Source: Candidatus Thorarchaeota archaeon
GTDB taxonomy: Archaea; Asgardarchaeota; Thorarchaeia; Thorarchaeales; Thorarchaeaceae
Length of the DNA: 28,632 nt
Reading direction: 5' to 3'
Assembly (NCBI GenBank): GCA_048882385.1
Contig: JBHLRQ010000015.1
Coordinates: forward strand, 1-28,632
Below are positions 8,502 to 17,258 of this stretch, piece after piece (the first letter of the stretch is position 1; every line of letters starts with the position of its first letter). The notes under the pieces are model-generated. The model was not told the origin of the DNA and made no database searches. It saw only the letters and a list, made by a program, of their open reading frames with translations. Made by a program: the position numbers and the translations under genes.

Positions 8502-9605
8502 ATGAGTTTTGGACGTTCAAAGAAAGCATCTTTCAAAGTCGAAGATATTGAATCATATTTACAGCAGAATCAAGTCATGGAATTTGCTGGCAGTGGTGAT
8601 CCCCACGAAGAAAAGGGGAAAGTAAGGTTACTCTTGGAGAACATTAAGAACTGCACTCCTGATATTCTGATTTTTGATGGTGATTACTTAGCTGAACCTG
8701 CTTACCTAAAGGCTGGAGCTGATTTATCTCTAATCGCCAAAGATAGCGTTGAAAAGTTAACTGATCTCCTTGGAACTCTGGAAGACTCTCCTGCTCCTAC
8801 AATCTGTGTGGCTGGCAATTATGAGATGTTTGGTACGACCAGTGATGCAATGGATGCTATAGGTCATGATCAGTTAAGTGATATTGGGTGTGACAAATCT
8901 TCCAACTCACGAATTGATAACATTCATCCTGATGAAATCTATATGAATCTCCAGAGTAAAAGAGAAACTTGGCCTGGAGGAAGATTTGAAGAGAAAGGCT
9001 TTGTGTATATTGGAGTGGAGGGGTCTAATCCAATCAATCACACATTCCCTGGCGAACGATCGGAAGAGAACCTTAGATGGGCTATAGATGATGCAATTTC
9101 CCGTACAAAAACAAAGCCGGAAAACACAATCATCGCCACACATAGTCCTCCATTTCAAATGAGAGACCGACTTGGTAGATTTGGAGTTCCTCCCCACCTA
9201 TGGGGTGAAAATAAAGGGAGCACAGCACTCCGTGAGTTTGTGGATGAGTATCGTCCGTTCCTAGTTTTGGTAGGTCACATCCACGAAGCTTTTGGAACGT
9301 ACATCAGTATCAAACGGCCTGACGAAAGCGGCCAGATTGTTGAAGAAACACATGATGTCGATTTTGGAAACCGTACAAAGGTCACAATTGGATATAACAC
9401 CTCAAAAACATCAATCTCAATCATACTAAACAAGGGCACACTTGAGTATTGGAACTGGTCCCGAGTACGTATCGCAGAAGAAGGAAATGACCGTATCATC
9501 GATATTGAAGGTGAATGGTTGGATAGGAAAGGAAAGAAGAAGAAGTTCAAGAAGGCTAATGAAATCATCGACTATGATGGTGTACTTGCTTCAAAGCTCG
9601 GATGA
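8502..9605 (+). CDS. Calcineurin-like metallophosphoesterase (Icc-like) with insertions; start revised from 8418 to 8502
   Basis: AGGAGGT RBS upstream of ATG 8502; motifs DPH, GDY, GNYE, THSPP, GS..LR, GHIHE. Confidence 0.85.
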   Translation: MSFGRSKKASFKVEDIESYLQQNQVMEFAGSGDPHEEKGKVRLLLENIKNCTPDILIFDGDYLAEPAYLKAGADLSLIAKDSVEKLTDLLGTLEDSPAPTICVAGNYEMFGTTSDAMDAIGHDQLSDIGCDKSSNSRIDNIHPDEIYMNLQSKRETWPGGRFEEKGFVYIGVEGSNPINHTFPGERSEENLRWAIDDAISRTKTKPENTIIATHSPPFQMRDRLGRFGVPPHLWGENKGSTALREFVDEYRPFLVLVGHIHEAFGTYISIKRPDESGQIVEETHDVDFGNRTKVTIGYNTSKTSISIILNKGTLEYWNWSRVRIAEEGNDRIIDIEGEWLDRKGKKKKFKKANEIIDYDGVLASKLG

Positions 9606-9635
9606 ATTGACATGGATGGCTACATGAACATCCAA

Positions 9636-10049
9636 CTAGTCCCTTCCACGACGTAGGTCTGGAAAGACATATCGCTCAGTCTGTTCTCGTTTCTCAGCCA
9701 TCTTTTGCTTTACGAACCAGCCAAGCAGCTGCTCAATCTTGTCTGTGGGAAGACCGAGTTCCTGCCGAACTGTTTCGACCTTAAGAGTACCTCCATGTTT
9801 TGATGCAATAACTATGATTGCCTCAGCACGCCTCATATCTCTAGTGGGAACCAGAAAGAGAAGCAGGATCGCAAAAGAGAGAAACGCACTTGATTGAATT
9901 CCTGCCCAACCTGCTTCAGTTGCACCATATACTGCGAATCCGACAATTCCCGCAAGAACAAGTGCAATGATTGTGATCGATCCAAATGTATAGTATCTAT
10001 ATCTACGTCTACGCACTTTTCTTGTGAGTAGCTCTAAACCCTGTGTCAT
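9636..10049 (-). CDS. Small 2-TM membrane protein with C-terminal winged-helix-like domain
   Basis: Two TM segments then HGGTLKVETVRQELGLPTDKIEQLLGWFVKQKMAEK. Confidence 0.65.
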   Translation of the reverse strand: MTQGLELLTRKVRRRRYRYYTFGSITIIALVLAGIVGFAVYGATEAGWAGIQSSAFLSFAILLLFLVPTRDMRRAEAIIVIASKHGGTLKVETVRQELGLPTDKIEQLLGWFVKQKMAEKREQTERYVFPDLRRGRD

Positions 10050-10100
10050 GTGCTATGAACATCCTAATCCTACTTAAAAAAAGGGGGGTATGTGGTTGTG

Positions 10101-10325
10101 TCACTGAGGGCGACGCAACCACATAATGTACAAGAACATGAAAAGTACGCCATATGTTAGAGTAAGGTCTAGAATGAATGAGATGGCAGCTCCTAGCTGT
10201 GCACCAATCATCATCATCCAAACTGCAAAGACCGCGCTGACTATTGCGACTAGAATCAAGATGATGAATCCACCTTTCATTCCAAATCGCTCATATGGGC
10301 CAAAAATGATGTCCATTAGTCCCAT
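10101..10325 (-). CDS. 74-aa 2-TM membrane protein, probable small accessory subunit of the NSS transporter
   Basis: Starts 2 bp after the NSS gene stop; almost entirely hydrophobic. Confidence 0.65.
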   Translation of the reverse strand: MGLMDIIFGPYERFGMKGGFIILILVAIVSAVFAVWMMMIGAQLGAAISFILDLTLTYGVLFMFLYIMWLRRPQ

Positions 10326-10327
10326 TC

Positions 10328-11815
10328 TTAGTCAACCCCCTTCAAACGCCATAATATAACCGCGAAAAACACACAGAGTGCAATCCATATCAATGGTGCC
10401 GCTAGCTCCAAGACACTTCCTACCGCATAGAATCCATTGAGAATAATGAATGAAAGCGCAATGATAATACCAATGGGTGAGATTACCTTAATCACCCATG
10501 TGTACCAGCTTGGTAATTTGAAGTCACCAGCTTCATTTGCTGCATCCAAAATCTTAGATCCTCCCCAGACCCAGCCCATGATTAACATCATGAACAGAGT
10601 TACTAGAACAAGACCAAAGTTCTCTACGTAGTAGTCGAAGATATCAAGGAGGAATAGACCCCACGTGACATCACCCAGCCCTCCATCCGCTGTTCCTACA
10701 TCCATCCACAATGTGAATGGGACCCCTCCTAGAAACAGGATGAGTGTGATTACAATTACTGTTCTCGATCGTGGCCATCCGAACTTATCCATCACAGCAG
10801 TGACTATAGCTTCCACTAATGAGATTGCGCTCGTCACACCAAGGAACACCATCATCAGGAAGAATACAAAGCCTAGGATGTTACCTCCTGGTATTGCCAT
10901 TCCTCCTGGCCATGCGACAAATGCAAAGCCCACACCGCCTCCACCGAGAAAACCAGCGGCGGCTGCGATTGTGAAAACTGCCATCCCTGCAGTAAATGCG
11001 AACGTAGTATCAAGCAGGCTTGTTGTTACTGCACTGTTCGTAAGTTCACCACGCCTCGGAAGGTAGCTCGCATACGCAGTTAACGCTCCCATTCCTGCAC
11101 TAAGTTTGAAGAAGCTCAATGAAACCGCAGTTGACCACATCTGTGGGTTTAGAAACTGTTCAACGTCCGGATTCAGGTAGAAATCTAATCCTTCATATGC
11201 ATTTGGCTGGGAAAGACCCCAAAATGCCATGAATATGATGATTATCCACATCAAGGGGAATAGAATCATGACTGATCGTTCAATGCCTCTTGTTCCAAAG
11301 TAGTCAATGATGAATACAACCAACCAGACCACAATGAGCCCTATTAGGACAATTGGTGACATTAACATGTTCACAAAGAAATCTGGTTGAGCAGTAAATG
11401 CAGCTGGCCCCATAGGTCCATCGAGTTGCAAACCAGTTATTGCATATCCAGCATAGACTGCAGCATACCCGATTAACACAGTGTAGAAGGCTGTAAGAAT
11501 TGCTGTATTTACAAGGCAGAACCATCCAAGGAATTCTCCCATGTTGGAGATCCTTTTGAGTGCGCCTGGAAAACCTCTCCTAAAGGTCGAACCTAGAACG
11601 AACTCTGTCAACACGACAGGAATTCCTACCAATAGTAGCATGATAAGATAGATGAGTACGAAAGGACCGCCACCCAAAACTGAAACTTTGAATGGCCAGT
11701 TCCAAACATTACCCAATCCTGTCATGGAACCCCAGACCGCGAATACGAAACCCATACGGGTAACCCAAGTTTCACGGGCTACTTCTAGTTCTACTGATGT
11801 TTCTTCTCCCATCAC
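10328..11815 (-). CDS. Sodium-dependent transporter, neurotransmitter:sodium symporter (NSS/SLC6) family
   Basis: RETW..RMGF, GSMTGLGNVWNWP, GGGPF, GIP....E, FFKLSAGMG...AYASY, about 11-12 TM. Confidence 0.93.
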   Translation of the reverse strand: MMGEETSVELEVARETWVTRMGFVFAVWGSMTGLGNVWNWPFKVSVLGGGPFVLIYLIMLLLVGIPVVLTEFVLGSTFRRGFPGALKRISNMGEFLGWFCLVNTAILTAFYTVLIGYAAVYAGYAITGLQLDGPMGPAAFTAQPDFFVNMLMSPIVLIGLIVVWLVVFIIDYFGTRGIERSVMILFPLMWIIIIFMAFWGLSQPNAYEGLDFYLNPDVEQFLNPQMWSTAVSLSFFKLSAGMGALTAYASYLPRRGELTNSAVTTSLLDTTFAFTAGMAVFTIAAAAGFLGGGGVGFAFVAWPGGMAIPGGNILGFVFFLMMVFLGVTSAISLVEAIVTAVMDKFGWPRSRTVIVITLILFLGGVPFTLWMDVGTADGGLGDVTWGLFLLDIFDYYVENFGLVLVTLFMMLIMGWVWGGSKILDAANEAGDFKLPSWYTWVIKVISPIGIIIALSFIILNGFYAVGSVLELAAPLIWIALCVFFAVILWRLKGVD

Positions 11816-12031
11816 GTTTACCTCACGCGAAGTGAAAATTGAAATATGGGATAGATACGGCGATATAAGGCGTTTTTGGTCGAATTTCTTCTGATTTCGA
11901 ACATTATTATTGGATTATTATTTTGAAATCAAAAATCTTCGAGACCAATTTCAATAGTTTATTCGTCTGGTTTTAACTCAATACATTTATTCAATATACT
12001 CACAACCAGAAACTTGGATAGGTCGAGTTAA

Positions 12032-12766
12032 TTGATGTATAAAGACTATGAATCACATTGGGCGAATGACGAAGTTCAGGTTGATATTCCATTCAGTGCA
12101 GCAGGAGTTGCCACTACTATTGTATTAACTTCGAAGTTCACTGGGAAGATGATGTTACTCGATGTTGGAGATGGTGTCCTAAGAGACCTCTTGATGTCTG
12201 GGAATACAGACTTTGCTCACGAGATTGATCCAATAGCAATTTCCCATGGTCATTTTGATCATGTAGGGGGGCTCCATTCCCTTCTTGGATTCATGCAAAT
12301 GATGGGCAGAACCAAACCTCTCAATATTCTGATTCCAATTGATTGCATCCAAGCCATTAGTATAATCAAAGGATTCCGAGATAACTACAAGGAGAGATTA
12401 CCATTCAAGATTTGGTATCATGAAATGTCTGAAGGTTCAGGATTTGATACTGACTTTTTCAAAGTGAATTCTTTTGAAGTAGAACACTACTCCCTTGAAT
12501 TTCATCCCGAGGAAGAAGTACTAGAACCTTCTCTAGGGTTTAGAGTCCAAATTGGTGCAACAGTGGTTGGTTACACAGGAGATACACGTTTGTGCATAGG
12601 TGCAGAAACCATAGTGCGTGATGTTGACCTAGCAATCATCGAAGCAACGAGGAAGGAAACTCCTACTGGACCCAGAGTCCATCTCTCAGAAGCAGAGGCA
12701 ACCGATCTTGGAAAACTTGCAAAGGCCTTCATTTTAATCCATAAAGTGCCAATTCCCACGAAGTAA
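12032..12766 (+). CDS. MBL-fold metallo-hydrolase, RNase Z/ElaC-like (lacks obvious exosite)
   Basis: LLDVGDG, SHGHFDHVGG (HxHxDH), YTGDTR, IIEAT, C-terminal His. Confidence 0.85.
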   Translation: MMYKDYESHWANDEVQVDIPFSAAGVATTIVLTSKFTGKMMLLDVGDGVLRDLLMSGNTDFAHEIDPIAISHGHFDHVGGLHSLLGFMQMMGRTKPLNILIPIDCIQAISIIKGFRDNYKERLPFKIWYHEMSEGSGFDTDFFKVNSFEVEHYSLEFHPEEEVLEPSLGFRVQIGATVVGYTGDTRLCIGAETIVRDVDLAIIEATRKETPTGPRVHLSEAEATDLGKLAKAFILIHKVPIPTK

Positions 12767-12807
12767 CACTAATTGACACAAACACTTTCATGAATTAAAA
12801 TCCATGA

Positions 12808-13836
12808 TCAGAAGAATGGTGTCATGATTGCAAAGATGATGACTCCGAACAATGCAGAAATTGGTACTGTTATTACCCAAGATATGAGGATATCTTTTAC
12901 TTGATTTGTCTGAACAGGTGTCTGCGCTACCCAACCTACTGCAATCAGAGCAGCCACCAAGACATGAGTCCCGCTGAGTGGAAAGCCCATGTATGTTCCA
13001 ATGAACATCACCAACGCAACAGATATCGATGCTGCTAGTGCAGATGTCGGGGTTAATGTTACAACCTCAGTTGCAAGCATCTTGATGACCTTCCGACCAA
13101 CAACTATCAGACCAATAGCCATTCCTAGACCTCCAACAAATAATGGGACCACAACTCCTGGCAAAACGAATGGACCTACATTTATTGTAAATTGAAAATC
13201 TGGCAATGCTATTAGAGGTGCAACCGCGTTAGCAACATCATTTCCGCCTCTACTCAAACTTGTGATGATCAGAAAAAGTGCTAAGCCATAGGCCGCAATC
13301 TGTTCTTGTCGCTCGCGTTCTCCCAGACCTGCAGCTCTTCTTTGTATCTTTCTGACAATCCAAAATACACCTGCAGCTATGAAGAATCCTATCACCGGAG
13401 AGATGATCCAACCCACAAAAATCTCCAATACAACTGACCAGGAAACAACTTCGATCCCCCATCCAGCCTCGCCGAAAAATGGAGCTATAATAGCCACTCC
13501 TATGACGGATCCAACAATACATTGAGTTGTACTTATTGGAAGCCCCTTTGTAATAGATGCAATTAGTAACCATATAGTCATGGCTACAAGAACAGCGAAT
13601 ACCATGACTGGCGTCATTGTCTGTTGGGATACCAGGTCAGATCCAACCTTTTCAGATACGCCCCCGCCCAGTGTAAGGGCTCCAACAATGCTCAATATAC
13701 CTCCTAGAATAACAGCCGTGTTTAATGAGAATATTCGAGCACCCACTGCTGGACTCATTGCCTCGTCGTTACCGCCTATTGCAAACGCAACAACAAAGCC
13801 AAGGAAAAGTACAGCTATGAGAATCAGAGGATCCAC
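12808..13836 (-). CDS. pit: Inorganic phosphate transporter, PiT family
   Basis: Two GGND signatures, LPISTTQCIVGS, GFPLSGTH, SWVITVP. Confidence 0.93.
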   Translation of the reverse strand: MDPLILIAVLFLGFVVAFAIGGNDEAMSPAVGARIFSLNTAVILGGILSIVGALTLGGGVSEKVGSDLVSQQTMTPVMVFAVLVAMTIWLLIASITKGLPISTTQCIVGSVIGVAIIAPFFGEAGWGIEVVSWSVVLEIFVGWIISPVIGFFIAAGVFWIVRKIQRRAAGLGERERQEQIAAYGLALFLIITSLSRGGNDVANAVAPLIALPDFQFTINVGPFVLPGVVVPLFVGGLGMAIGLIVVGRKVIKMLATEVVTLTPTSALAASISVALVMFIGTYMGFPLSGTHVLVAALIAVGWVAQTPVQTNQVKDILISWVITVPISALFGVIIFAIMTPFF

Positions 13837-13853
13837 TGAATTAGGTCCCCCTC

Positions 13854-14516
13854 TCAGGAGTACTTGACTGCAAGCTCTCTAAGGAAGTCTCCGGTGTCCT
13901 CCGCTTGAACAGCTACCTTGACCATCCAATGTGATACTTCACCAAAGAGATGCATTTCATGGTCAGGATACTTCGATTCCATGTATAGCTCTTCGAGAAT
14001 CTTGAATTGAAGATCTCTTGCCTCTTCTCGCAATCTATCAACTTCTCGAGTATATTCCACACACTTCTCAAAATCACTATAGAGATATTTGACCGCATCC
14101 TGAAGGAAATCAGTGCATTTCCAACACAGTTTTCCCAGTTTCTCAATGTCTTTTGGTGGTTTCATTTTCCGTCCAATCCACATCACACGTACAGCATGTT
14201 CCGATGTATCAATCACTGAGTCCATTAATCTAATCAGCTTGTGGCGTTCTTGAGTGTGTTGAGGAAGGTATGCATGTTTTGCTAGCACATTCTCTATCAG
14301 TTCCTCTTTCTTCTCATCCATTGTTCTTTCTAAATGAATGATCTCATTCTTGATCTCCTCTAGAACTTTGATGTTCCCCTCTACCCACTCTTTGGCTCCA
14401 ACACAAAGTTTTGCACTTGCGGATTGAAGCCCTTTACTGATTTCTAGCAGCAATTCATCTGCTCGTTCTTGAAGTTTCTTATCACCAGAACCAAAGAATC
14501 TAGAAAATGTACCCAT
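13854..14516 (-). CDS. DUF47 / PhoU-like phosphate transport regulator
   Basis: All-helical with LE..MD and EE..D/AED..D repeats; directly upstream of pit (canonical pairing). Confidence 0.88.
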   Translation of the reverse strand: MGTFSRFFGSGDKKLQERADELLLEISKGLQSASAKLCVGAKEWVEGNIKVLEEIKNEIIHLERTMDEKKEELIENVLAKHAYLPQHTQERHKLIRLMDSVIDTSEHAVRVMWIGRKMKPPKDIEKLGKLCWKCTDFLQDAVKYLYSDFEKCVEYTREVDRLREEARDLQFKILEELYMESKYPDHEMHLFGEVSHWMVKVAVQAEDTGDFLRELAVKYS

Positions 14517-14594
14517 TTATTTTCACCACTTATCCTAGATACGAGTACTTACAGTCTTTTACATTGTGAAACCCACATAAGAACTCTAGGCAAA

Positions 14595-16370
14595 TTAATC
14601 TTCAAGAACTGCTCTTATCCTAATAAGACCCGTTCCAATGCTTTTTTGCTTGACAATCCTGAATTTCTTCAGACCTCCTGTACGATTTACATGAGGACCT
14701 CCACAGAGTTCCATGCTGAAATCGCCCACTGAATATACAGATACTGTTTCTCCATAGTTTTCCTTGAAGAAAGCTAGAGCTCCAGTTTCAATCGCTTCAT
14801 CATAAGGCATGAATTGCTGTTTCACCTCAACATCCTTACTAATCACATCATTCACTAGATTCTCGACTTCTCTGATCTCATCTTGAGTCAGTTTCCTTGA
14901 GAAGGTGAAATCAAAACGCAAACGCTCTTCTGTGATGTTGCTCCCGTTCTGGGTTACCTCATTCCCTAGGACTCTTCTCAAAGCCGCCTGAAGAAGATGA
15001 GTTGCAGTGTGAAGCTTAACTATTTTCTCACTGTGTTCAGCCAAGCCGCCCTTGAACTTGCCTTGAGTTGCAGTTCTTGATATTTCACGATGTTCTTCGA
15101 ACTGCTTTGTAAACTCATCCATATCAATCTGTATTCCTTTCTCTTCCGCAAGATCCCTCGTCATTTCAAGTGGAAGACCGAAACTAGTGAAGAGAAGAAA
15201 GGCATCGCCTCCTGTAATGGTCCCTGTGTCATTGTAGATTTTTTCGAATCTCCTGATAGCTTTGGTGAGAGTCTTTCTGAACTTGACTTCTTCTGCTTTG
15301 AGACTGCTCATGATGAACTCCTTGTTACGCTTGACCTCACCATATAGGTCTTTGAACATATCAATAACAATGTCCGCAAGCGAATTCATGAAGCCTTGTC
15401 CGATTTCAAGTCTGTCTGCGCTATGAATTGCCTTTCTGAGTAGTCTTCTTACAATGTATCCCTGTTCCACATTGGAAGGTCCAATCTTCCTGTCATCTGC
15501 CATTATCATTACCGCTGACCTAACATGATCGACGATTATCCGAATGAGTCGATTGTCCTGTTCAGAGAACTCCTCTCTTCTTGAGAGATCCTTGACATGT
15601 TCAATCAGAGGAATGAAGAACTCGGTATCGAACACTGTTGGGACTCCCTGGAGCATAGCAAGAGTTCTCTCAACACCCATTCCAGTGTCAATACTATTCA
15701 TCTTCAAGGGCTCATAAGATCCGTCGTCGAGCTTTCTATAGCTCATAAATACGTCATTCCATACTTCAACAAAGTGGCCGCAGTTACACCCTGGCCGACA
15801 GTCTGGACCACATTTTGGAATCTCATCCACTTCAATGAACATCTCCGTGCAGGGTCCACATGGTCCTGAGTTTCCTGCAATCCACCAGTTGTCATCCTTT
15901 CCCAAGAAGTAGATCCTTTCATCTGGGATACCAACTTCTTGCCAAGCTTCTGCTGCTTCAATATCCCTAGGAGAGTCATCATCACCTGCAAAAACTGTGA
16001 CAGACAGCTTTTCCGGATCAAATCCGAGGTATTTCTTTGATGTGAGAAACTCATAGCTCCAGATGATTGCATCTTTCTTCCAGTAATCACCTAGACTCCA
16101 ATTTCCAAGCATCTCAAAGAATGTGAGGTGAGTTGTATCACCAACCTCTTCAATATCAGTTGTGCGAACGCATTTCTGAACATTGGTCAGTCGTTTTCCT
16201 TCAGGATGGGGTTGTCCCAATAGGTATGGCACTAACGGGTGCATACCTGCGGAGGTGAAGAGCACTGTAGGATCATCCTCTGGGAACAATGATGCTGAAG
16301 CTATGACTGAGTGTCCCTTGTCTTTGAAGTATTTCAAGTACATTTCTCTCAGTTCTTCAGCTTTCATCAA
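14595..16370 (-). CDS. alaS: Alanine--tRNA ligase, short (about 590 aa) form with editing motifs but no C-Ala domain
   Basis: LFTSAGMHPL, HLTFFEMLGNWSLGDY, GPCGPCTE, IDTGMGVER, DHVRS, HTATHLL, ELCGGPH; GAGGTGA RBS. Confidence 0.96.
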   Translation of the reverse strand: MMKAEELREMYLKYFKDKGHSVIASASLFPEDDPTVLFTSAGMHPLVPYLLGQPHPEGKRLTNVQKCVRTTDIEEVGDTTHLTFFEMLGNWSLGDYWKKDAIIWSYEFLTSKKYLGFDPEKLSVTVFAGDDDSPRDIEAAEAWQEVGIPDERIYFLGKDDNWWIAGNSGPCGPCTEMFIEVDEIPKCGPDCRPGCNCGHFVEVWNDVFMSYRKLDDGSYEPLKMNSIDTGMGVERTLAMLQGVPTVFDTEFFIPLIEHVKDLSRREEFSEQDNRLIRIIVDHVRSAVMIMADDRKIGPSNVEQGYIVRRLLRKAIHSADRLEIGQGFMNSLADIVIDMFKDLYGEVKRNKEFIMSSLKAEEVKFRKTLTKAIRRFEKIYNDTGTITGGDAFLLFTSFGLPLEMTRDLAEEKGIQIDMDEFTKQFEEHREISRTATQGKFKGGLAEHSEKIVKLHTATHLLQAALRRVLGNEVTQNGSNITEERLRFDFTFSRKLTQDEIREVENLVNDVISKDVEVKQQFMPYDEAIETGALAFFKENYGETVSVYSVGDFSMELCGGPHVNRTGGLKKFRIVKQKSIGTGLIRIRAVLED

Positions 16371-16574
16371 ATGTCACCTCATTGCAGTTACAAAAAGGAT
16401 GGAAATGCCAAATCCTGATTGATTTTAATCGTTTCGAAGAATCAATGTTTTAGTCACCGATGGTATTCCTAAACTTCTTCTCGTCATGGATTAATATCCA
16501 ATCCTATCTTTTATCCTCTATACTCTGAAGTCAATGACCATATCCAATCGATAACAGGTGGGAGAAGGTGAGGA

Positions 16575-17066
16575 CTAAACAAGAATAAGACCTGAGGGAG
16601 TCATCCTATATCGCTTCAGTCTAGAGCTAATCCATGGATACTTCTCGATCCAATCCAAGAATCTATCATTTGAAATGATGTTCGAATCAAGCTCCTTTGA
16701 AAGCTGAATGATTTTCAGATCATCACTTGTTCTTCGTGATGCTTCAATAACATTAGCATTCGACATGAACTCGTTAAGTGTGGTTGGTCTGTCGATTTTG
16801 TGAATCAGAGCTGCAGAAACAACAAAGATTGGCTCAAAACCTGTGCTTGTTAGACTACGGTAAGCAAGAATGAGATTTTGTGCTTTTGGCACTCCTTTGG
16901 ATGACATATAATACGCCACATTGTTTCCGTCAACAACTACGGTTTTCTTTGGAACCCCCACTGTACGAGTCCGCGTTTTTCGTAGATTACACTTCTGGAT
17001 ATGGTCGTCGAGAGTATCTCTACTAAATAGTCGATCGCAGTATGGACAACGGACTCGTTTTGGCAA
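16575..17066 (-). CDS. NYN/PIN-fold ribonuclease (Zc3h12a/Regnase-like) with N-terminal C2HC zinc finger
   Basis: CPYC-x11-HxxxC finger; VVVDGNNVA, SDDLKII, IISNDRFLDW catalytic Asp motifs; GAGGT RBS before TTG. Confidence 0.88.
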   Translation of the reverse strand: MPKRVRCPYCDRLFSRDTLDDHIQKCNLRKTRTRTVGVPKKTVVVDGNNVAYYMSSKGVPKAQNLILAYRSLTSTGFEPIFVVSAALIHKIDRPTTLNEFMSNANVIEASRRTSDDLKIIQLSKELDSNIISNDRFLDWIEKYPWISSRLKRYRMTPSGLILV

Positions 17067-17165
17067 GGATTCATACCTCAGATACCTAAACCTTCAGAAT
17101 TTTCATTTTCGTATAAAGATGCGGTTCTACATTTAAAAGGAAATAATTGGGGATAACTAAAGCTA

Positions 17166-17173
17166 TTTATCTA
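17166..17173 (+). promoter_or_regulatory. Putative TATA box for the candidate small RNA
   Basis: TTTATCTA beginning 27 nt upstream of G17193. Confidence 0.45.
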
Positions 17174-17192
17174 AATAAAGCAAAATTGATTT

Positions 17193-17258
17193 GGCGTTTC
17201 GTTTCCGCGGTGTCGTCCTCCCGGCGGCCGTAAGACGGAGGCGAACGCCTCCTTATTT
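17193..17258 (+). ncRNA. Candidate structured small RNA (about 60-65 nt), family unknown
   Basis: 70% GC island in an AT-rich intergenic gap; 5' and 3' ends pair (GGCGTTTCGTTTCCG / CGGAGGCGAACGCC, G-U pairs work on + strand only); inner hairpin with UCCUCC loop; followed by TTATTTTT. Confidence 0.55.

Noticed and set aside
12032-12766. Bona fide RNase Z (rnz)
   Set aside because: Lacks the tRNA-binding exosite arm and the canonical N-terminal LGT..P motif; kept as a generic MBL hydrolase
16371-16574. T-box or other leader RNA upstream of alaS
   Set aside because: No T-box consensus or terminator; only a trivial TGGAT/ATCCA hairpin in AT-rich sequence
17193-17252. tRNA, 5S/SRP fragment, C/D guide, fluoride riboswitch, SECIS or HDV-like ribozyme
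   Set aside because: No cloverleaf or TTCRA loop, no C/D boxes, no GGCGAUG fluoride core and no UGA-recoded gene nearby. An HDV-like UCCUCC loop and GCGAA are present, but P1 and P1.1 cannot be formed
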